DNA of 64,000 nt from Podarcis liolepis (taxonomy: Eukaryota). How positions within the stretch are numbered: the first letter of the stretch is position 1; the number at the start of each line of letters is the position of its first letter. Under the pieces are notes generated by a model. That model did no database searches, was not told the origin of the DNA, and saw only the letters and a list, made by a program, of their open reading frames with translations. Below, piece by piece: positions 12,124 to 24,649 of this stretch. The translations under genes and the position numbers were made by a program. The stretch lies in NCBI GenBank assembly GCA_965112155.1, contig OZ218098.1. One strand, written 5' to 3'.

Positions 12124-13537
12124 TCCCCCCATCACAGGGGGGACAGTTCTATCATTAGGCAGAATGAGGCAAGCACCTCAGCGGGGAAAAGCTGAAAGGG
12201 GCACTGGCAGCAGACCCTGCCAATTCTTCCCGAACCTCCTCACCATTCATCTCTGGAAGACACAGCTATGTATGCCACACAACCTTTCATTCACTTCCTA
12301 AACTAGCCTGCTTCCTCAAGTGTACACCTCATTGCCAATGTTGAAGGGATATTGTCAGTCCAGTCCACATCTGTATATGGAATAGGGAGGGCACCATTTT
12401 GTCTTTCACCTCAGACAGCAAAATGACATGTCTCCTGCATGATTCTAACCACACCACTGCTTTCATATATTGCACCGCAGATTAAATGTCCTCATGGGGC
12501 TACTGAGTCTGACCACTGGCCATCTATTTTAGTATATCTGACTTCAAGCTAGCAGGGGCTCTGTCTCTGAATTTTCAGGCAGCAGTCCAGTAACGCTTCA
12601 TGCAGCACCATCTCACCTCCCCACAAAGAAATAAGAATCCATTTCCAATTAATAGATGCCCTCTAACCTCTCTGCAAACATTATTCAGGACGAAAGCTCT
12701 ATAAGCAGGTCATCTGGAAGCTTAGTTTCTCTGAGCAGAGAATGGAATGGAATCTCAAGAACTGTCTCCTCCCCTGTGAACAGGCCCTTGTGAACTAATC
12801 AAGAACAGGCCTGTTACATGTCCTCTACCCTTTGGAGAGAGAGGCATAGAGAGCCAAGCCTTCTTGTTAATAGCAGCACCCAAATTGCGGCTCTCACTTC
12901 GCCACGTGATCTAGCCATCCACCTCTTGGGGTATATCATTTGAATGCAGGTTTTATGGCATCGCTCACTGCTCCTGGTTTGTGCACCATAACTTTTCCTG
13001 CTGCAATTTTAGTCCTTTGTGTCATTGCTGTGCATTTTGTTCTTTGATTATTGTTCCACACTGTTGACGATACCTGGCAGTAAGCTGTCCTGCAGACCTC
13101 TTTTGGGCAGGAGGGCATAAGAGAGTCACAATTTAATAAAACAAATAAGCAGAAACCCACCAATTACTTGAGCATTCTGAAATGCACATTGACAGTACCA
13201 TAAAAGTAGCTGCAATGTGCTGGGAAGCAAGATCCACTTATCAGTCTACAATTCAGCTTTATTACAAAGGCCTACTAATACACACCATAGCTCATTCCAA
13301 ATAGCTGCTTAGTCCATTCCGAACTCAGAAACCATTTCTTCTTTTTTATTCGTTTCAATTAAAAGATGGACCTTGCAGGAGCTTAGCTCTAATGGCCAAA
13401 TTGACTGAATATATTTGTCTACAGTTTGGTAAACAATGATACAAGACTTTGAAAAGGGGGGGGGGAAACTCTCGGGTACCATTGATTCCATACACAATGA
13501 ACCAAATTAATGTACACATTAATTTATATAGGGTCTC

Positions 13538-13696
13538 AGGAAGCTGCTCTTACCAAGCCAGACAATTGGTCCATCACAGTATTGTAAAGGCTTCCCAGGT
13601 TTCAGGCAGGAGACATTCCCTGCTGGACCTGGAGATTCCTGGGACTGAGACTTGCTGCATGCAAAGCAGACACCCTACCACTAAAGATACAGCCCT
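13538..13696 (-). mobile_element. Old tRNA-derived SINE (family ending ...ataaggcagcttcctatgttcct)
   Basis: Recurs in the window at about 20718-20885(-), 30179-30360(-), 31972-32092(-), 38030-38230(+), 51210-51374(+), 61095-61266(+), 61915-62667(+, split) and 63320-63608(-). Head ctttgcatgcag..ggtcccaggttcaatccc is tRNA-Ala-like. Confidence 0.75.
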
Positions 13697-16600
13697 TTAG
13701 TTATATAGTTATATAGTTTAGTTATATATAAATTTCCCCCCTTCTTTTTGCATAGGTTTCTTTTAAAAAAATAGTAAAATCCATTCTGGGCTACATTTTA
13801 TGTAACTTTCTGCTCTGCTAAACAACTACAAGAGCAGCACATTCATATATTTTCTTTGTTTGGAGTGTGACACTGAAAAGTTGTTACATCTGGTAGGGTG
13901 AAACAACTTTTGTGACACTGTTAAATAATCAAATTTATGGTGCAGGCATGTCAGGAGTTCAGTGGGGCTTATTTCTAGTTAAGTGGTTATAGGATTGCAG
14001 TCTTTATGCACCAGATAAAGCTATAGTGCTGCTGTAAGGAGGGAAATAGGGAAAGCTGGGGAACTTGCAATAAATGTTTTAAAACTGGGGGGTCCAGGGG
14101 GCTGGATGACATTCTGCTCATGCAGCCATGTCTTCCCTTCATCTTCTCTCCCTGAGCACCTTCAAAATCTACCACAGTGGGTCCTCCAACCTACTTAAAC
14201 TAATTATCCACTTTTTCTCTTTGGGAGCATCCCACAAGCAGAGTTCTGTTTATGGAGACTCTAGATCCTACACATTTACGTAAAAGGTTTTCACTAGCAA
14301 GATTTGCATCCCTAAATTACAGTCCTATACACACTGGTAACAAATGTTTAAATCTTACTCAAGTCTCTGGGGCTGATGCATACACACTTGCAACTTAATA
14401 GGACTTTGTCCTATACATTGCTATGCATAACAATGGCGCTTTCTATGAGCCATCAAAAGTTAGCAGCAACTGAATCTAACTTGGCCACAAAGTTTCCATT
14501 CCAGTCAATGGAATTCAGACAGGCAGTGTTGTGTCTTGCTGTAGTCAAGGCTCACTTTCGTCACACAGAAGCACAAATGTCAGCAACTAATTGCCTGTGA
14601 GTAAGCCCAAAAATGTAGACTGCTAATTGTAAAATGAATCACAAAAGTGTTCAACTGAAGGCCAATTTCCAAAGTAAAATGAAGAATTTAACAAATGATG
14701 GTGATGACGGCAATCACAATGATACATGAGTTTTCACAACTTTTATCTCCTTTATTCCCAAGACTGGGGTTAGTGAGTCAGAGAAGTAGGACTCAACCCA
14801 AATCTTTCCTTATAAAAGCATATCACCCAAACCAATTGTGCCATACATCTATTTACTATTTAAAAGTTACCTACTAGCTTGATTTCTGTAACTTCCATCA
14901 ATTCCCATGGGCCTTGTATCAGAGAACTTCTCAATGGAGTGTCCCCCAAATTTCTTAAGAAAAGAAACACAGTTGCAAACAGTGCCTTTAAACACTTATA
15001 ATTGGCCATGGTGCATTAACATAACATTTGCTATGCCAGCAAGTTTGGCTTTCTGCTGCGTTTCCTGTATTGTAGTTTTATTGTGTATGTGTAGCTGTGG
15101 CTGTGTTTTGATTTTGATTTTATGGGCCCGCATTAAGGAAAGTTGGAGCAATAAAGCATGATTGATTGACAATGTGTCTCAAAGCGTGACATTGCACCAA
15201 AGTGTCATGTTACCTATTAGTGCTGCAAGTCGAGAGAAATTTCTTTTGCTGTGCTCCTTACATCCGTCTTCGCACAGGCTGCAAACAAACTTTAGAAATT
15301 CATTACACAGAATATTTTGTGAAAGGAACCAGAGATGATGGCATTTCCCTGGGCTTCACAGAAGCAAATATGTTGCCATGTTTGAAGGGGCCCAGGGAAA
15401 GGGGATGTCCTGGGTGCCCCATGCTACCTCGCTGCCTCTCCCCCCTCATCCTCCCCTGCCAGAGGTCCTACTGTCCTTTTAAAACCTTTGCTTGGTGAGG
15501 GGACCACTGTTCTCCCTCCTCACCACTCACTGCTGTCATTCTCCCATATTTGGCTGCTCCAGAAGTCCAGTTGGCTTTGCAGCTCCAAAGGTGGCCTTCT
15601 GTTGCCTGAACTCGCTGCCACTCTTGCCTCGGGGAAAAGATATATATTAAAATGGTGCAAAGCTGTACCCTCAGCTTCCTACATGCTGCAGCTTGATGCC
15701 AGCCCCATCTCCGGCTGTGTTTGGGGGCAGCTTCCAAGCTCTTTTTAACATTCAGCACTTCTTCATTGCACAAATGATTATCACCTAAGGCTTGGCAGGC
15801 CAAGCTATTTGTTTCCAGGTTGCCTTTGCTCTATAAACCAGCAGATGGTTTTACAGCTTAGGGCCGGAGTGCTTGCATTAACCTTTCAAGCCCTGCTCCG
15901 GCTTCCCTTTTACTAGAGTCCTGCCAGCACTGTAAACACTCATTCCCGCACTGATTCTTACCTTGCCTCTTGTTCTCTCCAGCAACCTTTCCCCTTCTCC
16001 TTTTATTAGTCAGCCCACTGGTAATTTCTTTAAAAATTATATTTCCTGGGTTTATGTCTACTGCTTCATCATGCTTATCTCCTCCCTCCCTGCACTCTGC
16101 ATGGCTTGATCTCTTATCTGGAATCATGACTGTGATCTCAGCCCTACAAGTATATTTCTAGGTCTTAATGATTTAAAAAGCCAGTGTCTCAATTTCTCAC
16201 TTAATTGGGGCATTTGTTTATAAGCAACTGAGCTCAAACAATGAATGTTGCCATTGTCTGACTTCCCATTTGGAGGTATTTCACAGCCTCACAAAGAGAT
16301 CACTGACATTTATTCCAGCCTATCTTCCACTAATGTCCAGCATGTGCTTGTGTGTATAAATCACATATAGCCATTGTGTTACCTTCCAGGTGATGTTGAC
16401 TACACTCCCACCTGCCCCAGCATACATGGCCAATAATCAGGGATGGTAGTTGTAGTTTGCAATATTTTGAAGGCAATATATTGTCCCCCATGATACTTCC
16501 TCAACATACACAGTTTCAACTGGCTACTGGCTTGGGCTCTGAAATCATCTTTATAGGCACCTTCTAATAAAATACAATCATAATGTGGGACAGGATGTGA

Positions 16601-17696
16601 GGCTACAAAACAGTTGTTGTGCTGCCACCGTCTATTTCATTACTTTGCACCTAGCTGGAGGAAGTGTGTAGTGAGCTGCTTAACCAGAACTATTAAAAAA
16701 ATATATCAGTAATTTAAATGCCCACCCTCAGCCATATGTAAACATTTTCCTTGGGAATTCATGAAAAATAGATAAGCATTTGGCAAAACCTTCTTGCATG
16801 TGGAATTCCTGTATTCAAGTCATTATGTAAGAAGCTTTTTAAAAGTTGTGAAGAACCTTAGAATTAATCTTTGCAGATGTGGGGAGAGATCACATCAGAA
16901 ACAATTAATATACAATATATTAAATATTTTCTGACATACTCTCCTTTGTATGTTTAATTCTGTTGCAGTATAACACAAAAGGCCTCCTGTTGTCCTAAAT
17001 AGACACAATTGTGAACTGCTTGTTGTCCCACACTTTAGAGTGGGTAATTTTTACTATTAACAGAATTTTCCAGGTACTTTGAAGCCATTTATCCATTGCT
17101 GGCAAGCTTGGTTTCTTCCTATATTTTACAGTCAATATCTCTGAGCATTGATAAGCAGGTTGTTTATCAAACACTGATTTATTGCTCAAACAGTCCCAAC
17201 AACAAAAACATTGGTTTTAGGAGTACAATTCTCCTGTTTTCTCTTTGATAATTCTATCACTACATTTCCAGAAAGTTCTTGGGCGAGATTCAATGAAGTT
17301 CAATAGGGTGTCTGCTTGCGTAACACGGCTTCTCCTTTGTCTGCTTCTCCTGCAGCCTGGGCCCACCTCCAAACTGTTCCAGAGGGTTGGGGGCCCTCCA
17401 AAAAAACCCTGGGGTTGGATGGCACTGGAGGTGGGAGAGGAGGAAGGTGAAGTCATGCTGAAGTGGGTTTTTTTGTGCAAATAGGCAGACATCACAGGAT
17501 ATCGCCCATTATATATTTACATGGCTGCTAGGTATTAACAAATCATGTGATTTGATCTTCGTGTCACCAACAACATGAATGATGTAGGTCTTTCCCCCCT
17601 CTCTCTTTTTGAACACACAATCTTACTATTTAAGTGACATATGTTTACCCATGTAAGTCCCATTTGATTCAATGTGACTTATTCCAAGGTAAATAT

Positions 17697-17778
17697 GAAT
17701 AATGATAATTATACCCCATCCATCTGGCTGGGTTTCCCCAGCCACTGTGGACAGCTTCCAGCAAAATATAAAAATTAA
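17697..17778 (-). mobile_element. L2 extreme 3' end fragment
   Basis: Same gccgcccagagtggctggggaaacccagccagatggg motif as 24528-24649, 27975-28083 and 55055-55185. Confidence 0.75.
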
Positions 17779-18059
17779 TAGGATTGTAGCCCCCATACAA
17801 TTTCCTTTTGACCTTACTCACAACTAGCTTGTGTTTGTCATATATATATATTCATATAAATTTATCTTCTGACTTTCTTTCATATCTTTAACAATTCTGT
17901 CCCATTCATTTATCTTTTTCTAAATGTAAATTTCTGTTTTCACCATGTGTCTTTGATAGTTAACAACAATAAACAATATAATCTCATCAATACAACATCA
18001 ATGAAAAAATAAGCAGTGTAAAAACCATCACACAGATGCTACTAAAACATTAAGTAAGA

Positions 18060-18270
18060 ATGGGATAATTTTCCTTTCACATCTCCCCAAATGCCTACAT
18101 GAATAATAAGGTCTTCAATGACCTCTTTAATGCTAGCGCTGAACATGTCTAGCGTACTTCTGATGGCTGAGCATTCCACAAGGAGGTCATCACCACCAAG
18201 AATGTCGTGTGCCTTCTGCCACTCAATTTAACTTTGGATAATTCTGGCACACAGCGGAGCCCCATCTGTT
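18060..18270 (-). mobile_element. Degraded L2 3' fragment
   Basis: Minus strand resembles the conserved L2 end (gtggtgatgacctccttgtggaatgctc...aagaccttattattc...gcatttg). Confidence 0.55.
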
Positions 18271-19752
18271 GACCAAAGTGTGTTTGGATGTTCATTTGAC
18301 ACTCGTGGGGCATTGTAGCACTGAGAAATCACTGCTTCTCTTGACCCACTTTATTCTTCCACCCTACAAGATCTCTTGATGCTCTCATGATACTTTGATG
18401 AATAAGGAAGGTCTGAGTTCATAACATTCAACAGATGCTGCAGAGATGTACAACATAAGATAAACTCAAACACACTTTTTTTTCATAATTCTTTTAAACA
18501 TGAACCACAAAAACTACTTTGCACACAACTGCAGCATTGAGGTCATGCCCAAAGAGAGGTGCAAAGGGCATACATGAAGATATATCTGCTTTATTATTTA
18601 CATATTTTCATTCATGTATGCAATATATAGATAGATAAACACACACACACACCAACAACAACAGCAACAACAACAACTACTTTACCTTCCCTTTCCGATT
18701 CCCAACTTATACGGCCGCAAACCTCCTTTGCTCACAGAAAATGAATGTTCAATTCTTAACACCATATTAAGTTTTATGTGCACTAAATTTCACCAGAGGA
18801 GAATAAACAGTTTGTCTGCTCTCCATCTTTTCATTCTGCATTTTTATGCCTCGAGGTTTTTGCTTGTTAGACTCTAGGGGTTAGGGAAAAATATTCTGAA
18901 CAGTTTTACCTGGATAAACACCCTATAAATTACAGATGATATTTATTGGCCTCCTAGGAAAGTCACTATATTGGAAATAGCAGGGGGGGGGGGGAATAAC
19001 TTTTAGATAGACAGACAGATACAGTTAATAGATAGATGCTCCGGCAATACATATCTATATCTACCTATTATGTCCTCCTTCCATTCCCAATGCTATACGT
19101 GACTTTAATTAACTTGTCTGCCATTTGGAATTCTAGTGGGATACAATGCAAGCAGGATCATTAAACCCAATCATATTTTCAGCCTCGCCTGATATTTCAC
19201 TAGAGCTATTCAAATCAATTTACCCAACAGAGACATTTGTCCCTGGCCTGTCACCACGGCCCATACTGAGAGTCCTGCACTTCTTTATCTTTTGGCAAGG
19301 CCATCATAAGCAAGCGACACAAAGGGTGATGTATGGGAACTCAAATAAGTTATAAATCCTCCATCCCTTCATCAGCTGTCAAACGGAGAGAATTTACGCC
19401 AGCCGGCCTTGGCAACGGCTGCCTGGCTATGCTTAGAGAAAGTCAGCTTTAAGATGACACACACTTGGAGGTGAAGAATTTCTCTGCATTCAGAATCCGG
19501 GTGCAGGAGGTCGGAGAGAAGAAAAGGAAGTAACCTCAGCGACAGACGCACACACACTCTTCCCCCTGGGTGGTCTTGCAATATGAGCATGACGGCACAA
19601 GCCACAACAAGCACACCCCCCACAAGTACATATAAAGGTCACAATAATTTGCACACTTTGAACAGAAGAAGGAGAATTCAGAGCCTTTTGGTTTGACACC
19701 AGCAGCTCATATCTGTTAGGAATGGCATATAAAAACAACAACAAGCTTGTTC

Positions 19753-20176
19753 CAGTGATGGGGAAATCTATCAGTTTTGGTTTCTTGCCGTTTCTCATTT
19801 TTCCACTCTTAAGTTCACGTCTCGATACTATGACATCAGATTGCTTTTTTTCGTTTAAAGTCTTTATGAAAATACATCTGTGTTTCTCCTAATGCACACA
19901 TTTTTATGAGCAAGCTTACTTAATATATGCATTTTTGCAAAACAATTTCCCCCAAATGTAAGGCATTTTTGCACATAATTGTCACTAGTCTATGCATTTT
20001 TATGCACACTTTCCCCTAGTGTACACATTGCTTGGCTGGAGAACTGCATTGCAAAATTGGGAGAGGTGTGAATTTCAGAGGTATGGCTGTGTTTTGGTCC
20101 ACATATTGTTTCAAAAAGTGCAAATTAGGTGGGTTCACCTTCAAATTTGAACTGAATCAAATCTCCCCAATCCCTA
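19753..20176. mobile_element. Non-autonomous DNA transposon/MITE-like repeat
   Basis: Degenerate inverted ends (cagtgatggggaaatc ... aatctccccaatcccta). Homologous opposite-orientation copies lie at about 40115-40835 and 32905-33060. Confidence 0.6.
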
Positions 20177-21377
20177 GCATATTCTCTTTTGTGATTTCCA
20201 GGCACAAACATTTTGTCACTGGGGGAAGAGAGTGCTAACCTTAAGGCATTGTGGGAAGATGCAAATGCAATGCCCCTGATCTTCACAGGATGCAGAACTG
20301 GAGACATGCCATGCCTGTGCATATATGATGGCTAGAGATGAAAGCAGTGAGGACAGAGAGTGTACTGTCAGCATGACAAAAAACATGTCATGAGCACTGC
20401 CGAGCATGTTGAGCAACAGCTCAACGCCATGTGCAAGAGCAAGCTACTTAGTATTTCGAAGAGGAACAGCAATAAGGGATAAGAAAGGATGAGCATGTCG
20501 TTTCTGCCATTCTCCTATTATTCTGTGCATTTGCTCTACCTCATAAACTTCCAAAAGACCAAGTAATTTTGAATCGCAGAATGTGGGACTGAAATTCAGA
20601 TGAAAGGAACATTAGGAGCCTCCTTAAATAGCAAGCTGGTCAACACTTTGAAAAGAGTGCTAAGAAATACAAGGCTTTGAATGCAAACTGGGGTAGAATA
20701 CCTATGCTAGGATGGGATAACACAGGAAGCTGCCTTATATCTCACCAGACCTTTGCTCCCTCTGCCCTGACCACCACCAGCTCCCTAGGCTTTCAGACAG
20801 GAGTCTTTCCCAGGCCTACATAAAGATGCTAGGAACTGCACCTGGCACCTTCTGCATGCAAACAGATGCTCTACCAATAAGCTATGTGTCTTCCACATAT
20901 GTGAAATATGTGGACCGCAAATTCAAAATGCAGAAAATCGTATTCTGAGAAAAGTTTTACAGATAAATGTGCTGAACAAGTTAAGCCATTTTTAAATGTC
21001 CATATGTTAATTCATAGGTACAGGTGCAAATTTACAAAATGTTTATGTAGTTTAAACAGAAATACAATGCATCTCATCTTTGTGGGGAAGACAGTGTCCT
21101 GGTGATCTGTGAGCCTGCTCTAGAGATGCTTTTGACAGACATCTCCAAGGCCCCCCATTCGTCCTTCTCAGGGAACTTTATTTTAAATGTGTACTTGGAA
21201 TGACTAGCCCTTCAAACAGAGAACTCTTTGAAGACGAGAAGTGTCCTTTGTAAAGTGGGAGACATGGCCAGCCAAGTTGTGAGCTGGGTTTTCTTATTAC
21301 CTGGTGATCTTCTTGCCTCATTGCTGGCCCTGATCCAAAAAGGCTTTGTGGGAAGCTCTTCACTCTTCCCCACTTAG

Positions 21378-21630
21378 GAAGAGCTGACCAAAGGCCCTTC
21401 TAGCTCAGCATCCTACTCCCACAGTGACCATCCAGATGCCTATGGGAAGCTCACAAGCAGGACATGAGAACAGCTACCCTCCCCTCACTTGCGGTCCCCC
21501 ACAACTAGTGTTCAGAGGCAGTATGCCTCCAAGTGTGGACGCAGAACATAGGCATAGCTAGAACATTTTGTACATAGCTAGTAACCACTGACAGCCTCAT
21601 CTTTCATGAATTTGTCTAATTCTCTTAAGA
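21378..21630 (-). mobile_element. CR1-type LINE 3' fragment
   Basis: Homologous, in reverse, to 32275-32508 and 39945-40109, which end in (ttcttatg)-like CR1 tails. Confidence 0.65.
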
Positions 21631-22956
21631 AATCCCCTCTGCTGCCAATGCTTCCTCCCATTACTGAAAACAACGGCTTGTGTTGTTGGATAAGCTGAAT
21701 CTAAATTCAGGGCAGCTTCAGAGTTGGTCTCTGATGCAGCAGAAAGGGATAATTTGGGAGGGGGAAATCCTTGGTGTGCATGTGAAAGGCTGCACACATA
21801 CTTAAAAAGAGTTGATTAGGGAGTGTATTAAGTACAAATATATGGGCTGCAGCAAGGCAAGACATTTTTTGAGCTTTGTGTTACCATTGGCACCCTCCTC
21901 CCTTCCCTTCCCCCTCTGCAACTTGGCTTTTTCAAAGACACACACACACTCATCTCCGGGAGTTCAATAGCATCATAAAACCCACAATCTTTTCTACCCT
22001 GTGCACACATCTCATTATCCATCCTTAGTATACATCTTGAGCAATGCAATTTACTTCAATGTCACCAAGAGAGAGATGCTCCTCTGGGACTGTCATTACC
22101 ATAAACCACAATCTGCTGCCAATTTATACGTCCTTATCCGCCCCGTATTTTAACTTCTCTCTAAATGATGACAAAGCGCTTTGTGGGCCCCCATCTCAAA
22201 TGTTGCTTTAGCAGCTCTCCCAAGTGCCCAGTTCCCCTCTTCCATGAGCTGCCACTTCATCCCAAAACAACTCACTCTGCATTTGGCCTCACTCCAGATT
22301 TGGGGTATTTCAAGCTCCTTTCTTCTTTAGCTGCTGAAGATACTCACTGTTGCCTCTGCCCTTTCACGGCTTACACAGGGCAAAAGAAGCTTGTTTCCTT
22401 AGCTTGTTTTAGTTGAGTAGCCTTTCCCCCCAGTGAGATTCCAGAAAACTCATAGCATATTTTGTCTCAAACGTTACCAAAGAAGTGAATGGAAGATGAT
22501 TTTAGACCAGGACCAGCATCATTCATTGCTTTTGCACCCTAATGGTCTCTTTCAGGCTGTGCTCTCACAAGAGCCCAGCTGGAAGCCAGGCTGCAGACTC
22601 CAGGAGAGTGGAGAAAGGCGTTTTCCTACCTACTGCTTTCATGTCTACCTTTCCCACATGAGAACTATTATGCTTAAATGCTTAACCAAGAATATTTCCA
22701 GCCTGCAATTCTATAGATGAAACCCCTAGGAACAAAAGTCTTGGTGGATCAATACTGTGCACTGCCTCTCTCCTTGGAGATTTCAGGATCGTTCATTTTT
22801 CATTTATTAAATTGTTATCCTATTCTATGTCCAGATGAGCCCCCCTGCCTTTGACATTGTTTTGCTTTATTTTTTATTGTTGTGAGTTCACAAGCATAAA
22901 ACAACACAATGGGAAAAAAGCCCTACCCAATACAAATTGGCCCTTAAATTCAATAT

Positions 22957-23081
22957 GTTGCTGTTGTTGTTGTTTAGTCGTTTAGTTGTGTCCAATTCTT
23001 CGTGACAGCATGGACCAGAGCACGCCAGGCACTCCTGTCTTCCACTGCCTTCTGCAGTTTGGTCAAACTCATGTTAGTAGC
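22957..23081 (-). mobile_element. BovB (RTE) LINE 3' terminal fragment with 12-bp TSD
   Basis: RTE C-terminal coding remnant followed by a (CAA)n tail; TAAATTCAATAT is duplicated at 22945-22956 and 23082-23093. Confidence 0.88.
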
Positions 23082-24195
23082 TAAATTCAATATACACTAC
23101 AGCAATACAATATAGTATATACAATCCACATACAAAAAGCCAGAATCATTCCTCAAATGTTTTTTGAAGAAGAAAGGTATTTGCCAGCCTTCTAAAGCTG
23201 TAATCCTATACCCACTTATCTAGGGAGTGAGATCCACTGTAGTCAATTGGACTTACATCTGTGTTGCACTGTAAATTCAGTAAACTTCATTGTGGAGGGA
23301 ATTCCACAACACTGGTCCCAGCACTGAAAAGGGCCTATTCCTTAAGTTACCTCCATCTCTTTTTCTTTTCATTTTTTAACTTCTAAAGGGGTTCTGGAGC
23401 AAGACTCTCTTCATCACCTTTGGTGAAATGGCTTTCTGCTATCTTGCTTCCTGATACTAACACAGTGGCCTCCTAGTCAAGTTCTAGATCTTTGGCATGG
23501 ATTTGAAGGCTGATTATGATGTCATTGTAAGCCTATATGATGCATGTTATGTGGTCACATTAGCATATGTGCCTGTTTCACTACGAAGGCACACACTTGT
23601 GGAGTCCCACTTCTCTGTATTTTCTGAATGCCACAAAACAGACATGTGCCAAACCACTTATCACACATACCATTTTAAAGGAAAGAATTGATATTTTGAA
23701 ATAATACACCACATGTAATGCAAATGTATGGAGGCAGAGCAGGACCGTGCCTGCTGGTCCTACCGACTCTGCCAGCCTCACCTTAGCATCTACGTGTTGA
23801 GCATAGATGTCTTCAAAGGACATCTACGTGTGATCAGCTGCTTGAATGAAAGGTTCCAATTTGCATATGTCCAACTCCCATCAGTTCCAGCCAGCATGGC
23901 CAGTAATTGAGGATGATGGGAACTGTAGTCCAGTAATATTTGGAGAGCAACAGATTTCCCATCCCTGAATTATATGGCTGATTCCTTGTTTACCCCCATG
24001 TTGTGACTGGTATCTAGCTCCATCTTCCTTCCTATGGCCTATCAGATGTTCTGATGTAGAGAACCACAACACAAAGAATTGACCAAACTGCTCCATTTCA
24101 GATAGCCACCAGAGGGGAAGATTCTCAACAAAGTGTAATGACCCACTCTCGAATCCATTCAATATTAAATTACAATAAAATGTACAATATCAGAT

Positions 24196-24327
24196 NNNNN
24201 NNNNNNNNNNNNNNNNNNNNNNNNNNNNNNNNNNNNNNNNNNNNNNNNNNNNNNNNNNNNNNNNNNNNNNNNNNNNNNNNNNNNNNNNNNNNNNNNNNNN
24301 NNNNNNNNNNNNNNNNNNNNNNNNNNN
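24196..24327. other. Assembly gap (132 N)
   Basis: Run of n characters. Confidence 1.
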
Positions 24328-24527
24328 GCCAACCAATCAACAGTCAATCCTGTGAAGAGGATTTGTGTCTTTGCTATGCATTACCCAATGCACAGGACCA
24401 TTTAATTGCTTATAATAATAGTTACTTGGTTCGTACAATCAGTGAACCTGAGGCTAGTCAAAGAAATAATCTCACATGGAAAGTAATGCACCCCACAACC
24501 CCATCTTCCTAGGGAGATAAGGTAATA

Positions 24528-24605
24528 TCTATTGTATTTTAATATTTTGCTGGAGGCCGCCCAGAGTGGCTGGGGAAACTCAGCCAGATGGGCAGGGCAT
24601 AAATA

Positions 24606-24649
<44 letters not shown>
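24528..24649 (+). mobile_element. L2 extreme 3' end with (TTA)n tail
   Basis: gccgcccagagtggctggggaaactcagccagatggg followed by (TTA)n. Confidence 0.8.

Noticed and set aside
17217-17495. Ser-rich minus-strand ORF considered as the beta-neurexin-3 first exon
   Set aside because: Lacks the recalled beta-NRXN3 signature (MHLRIH...HEHHFHGSK...SLRGGH), a signal peptide, a CpG island and a suitable donor; the beta exon must lie beyond position 1.
18686-18875. Possible cryptic exon (ttttccctaacccctag acceptor, AAG|GTAAAG donor)
   Set aside because: Branch-like CTAAC too close to the AG, mediocre donor, and stops in the frames examined; no better than chance in a long intron.
24138-24512. ORFs spanning the N run
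   Set aside because: Artefacts of the assembly gap.
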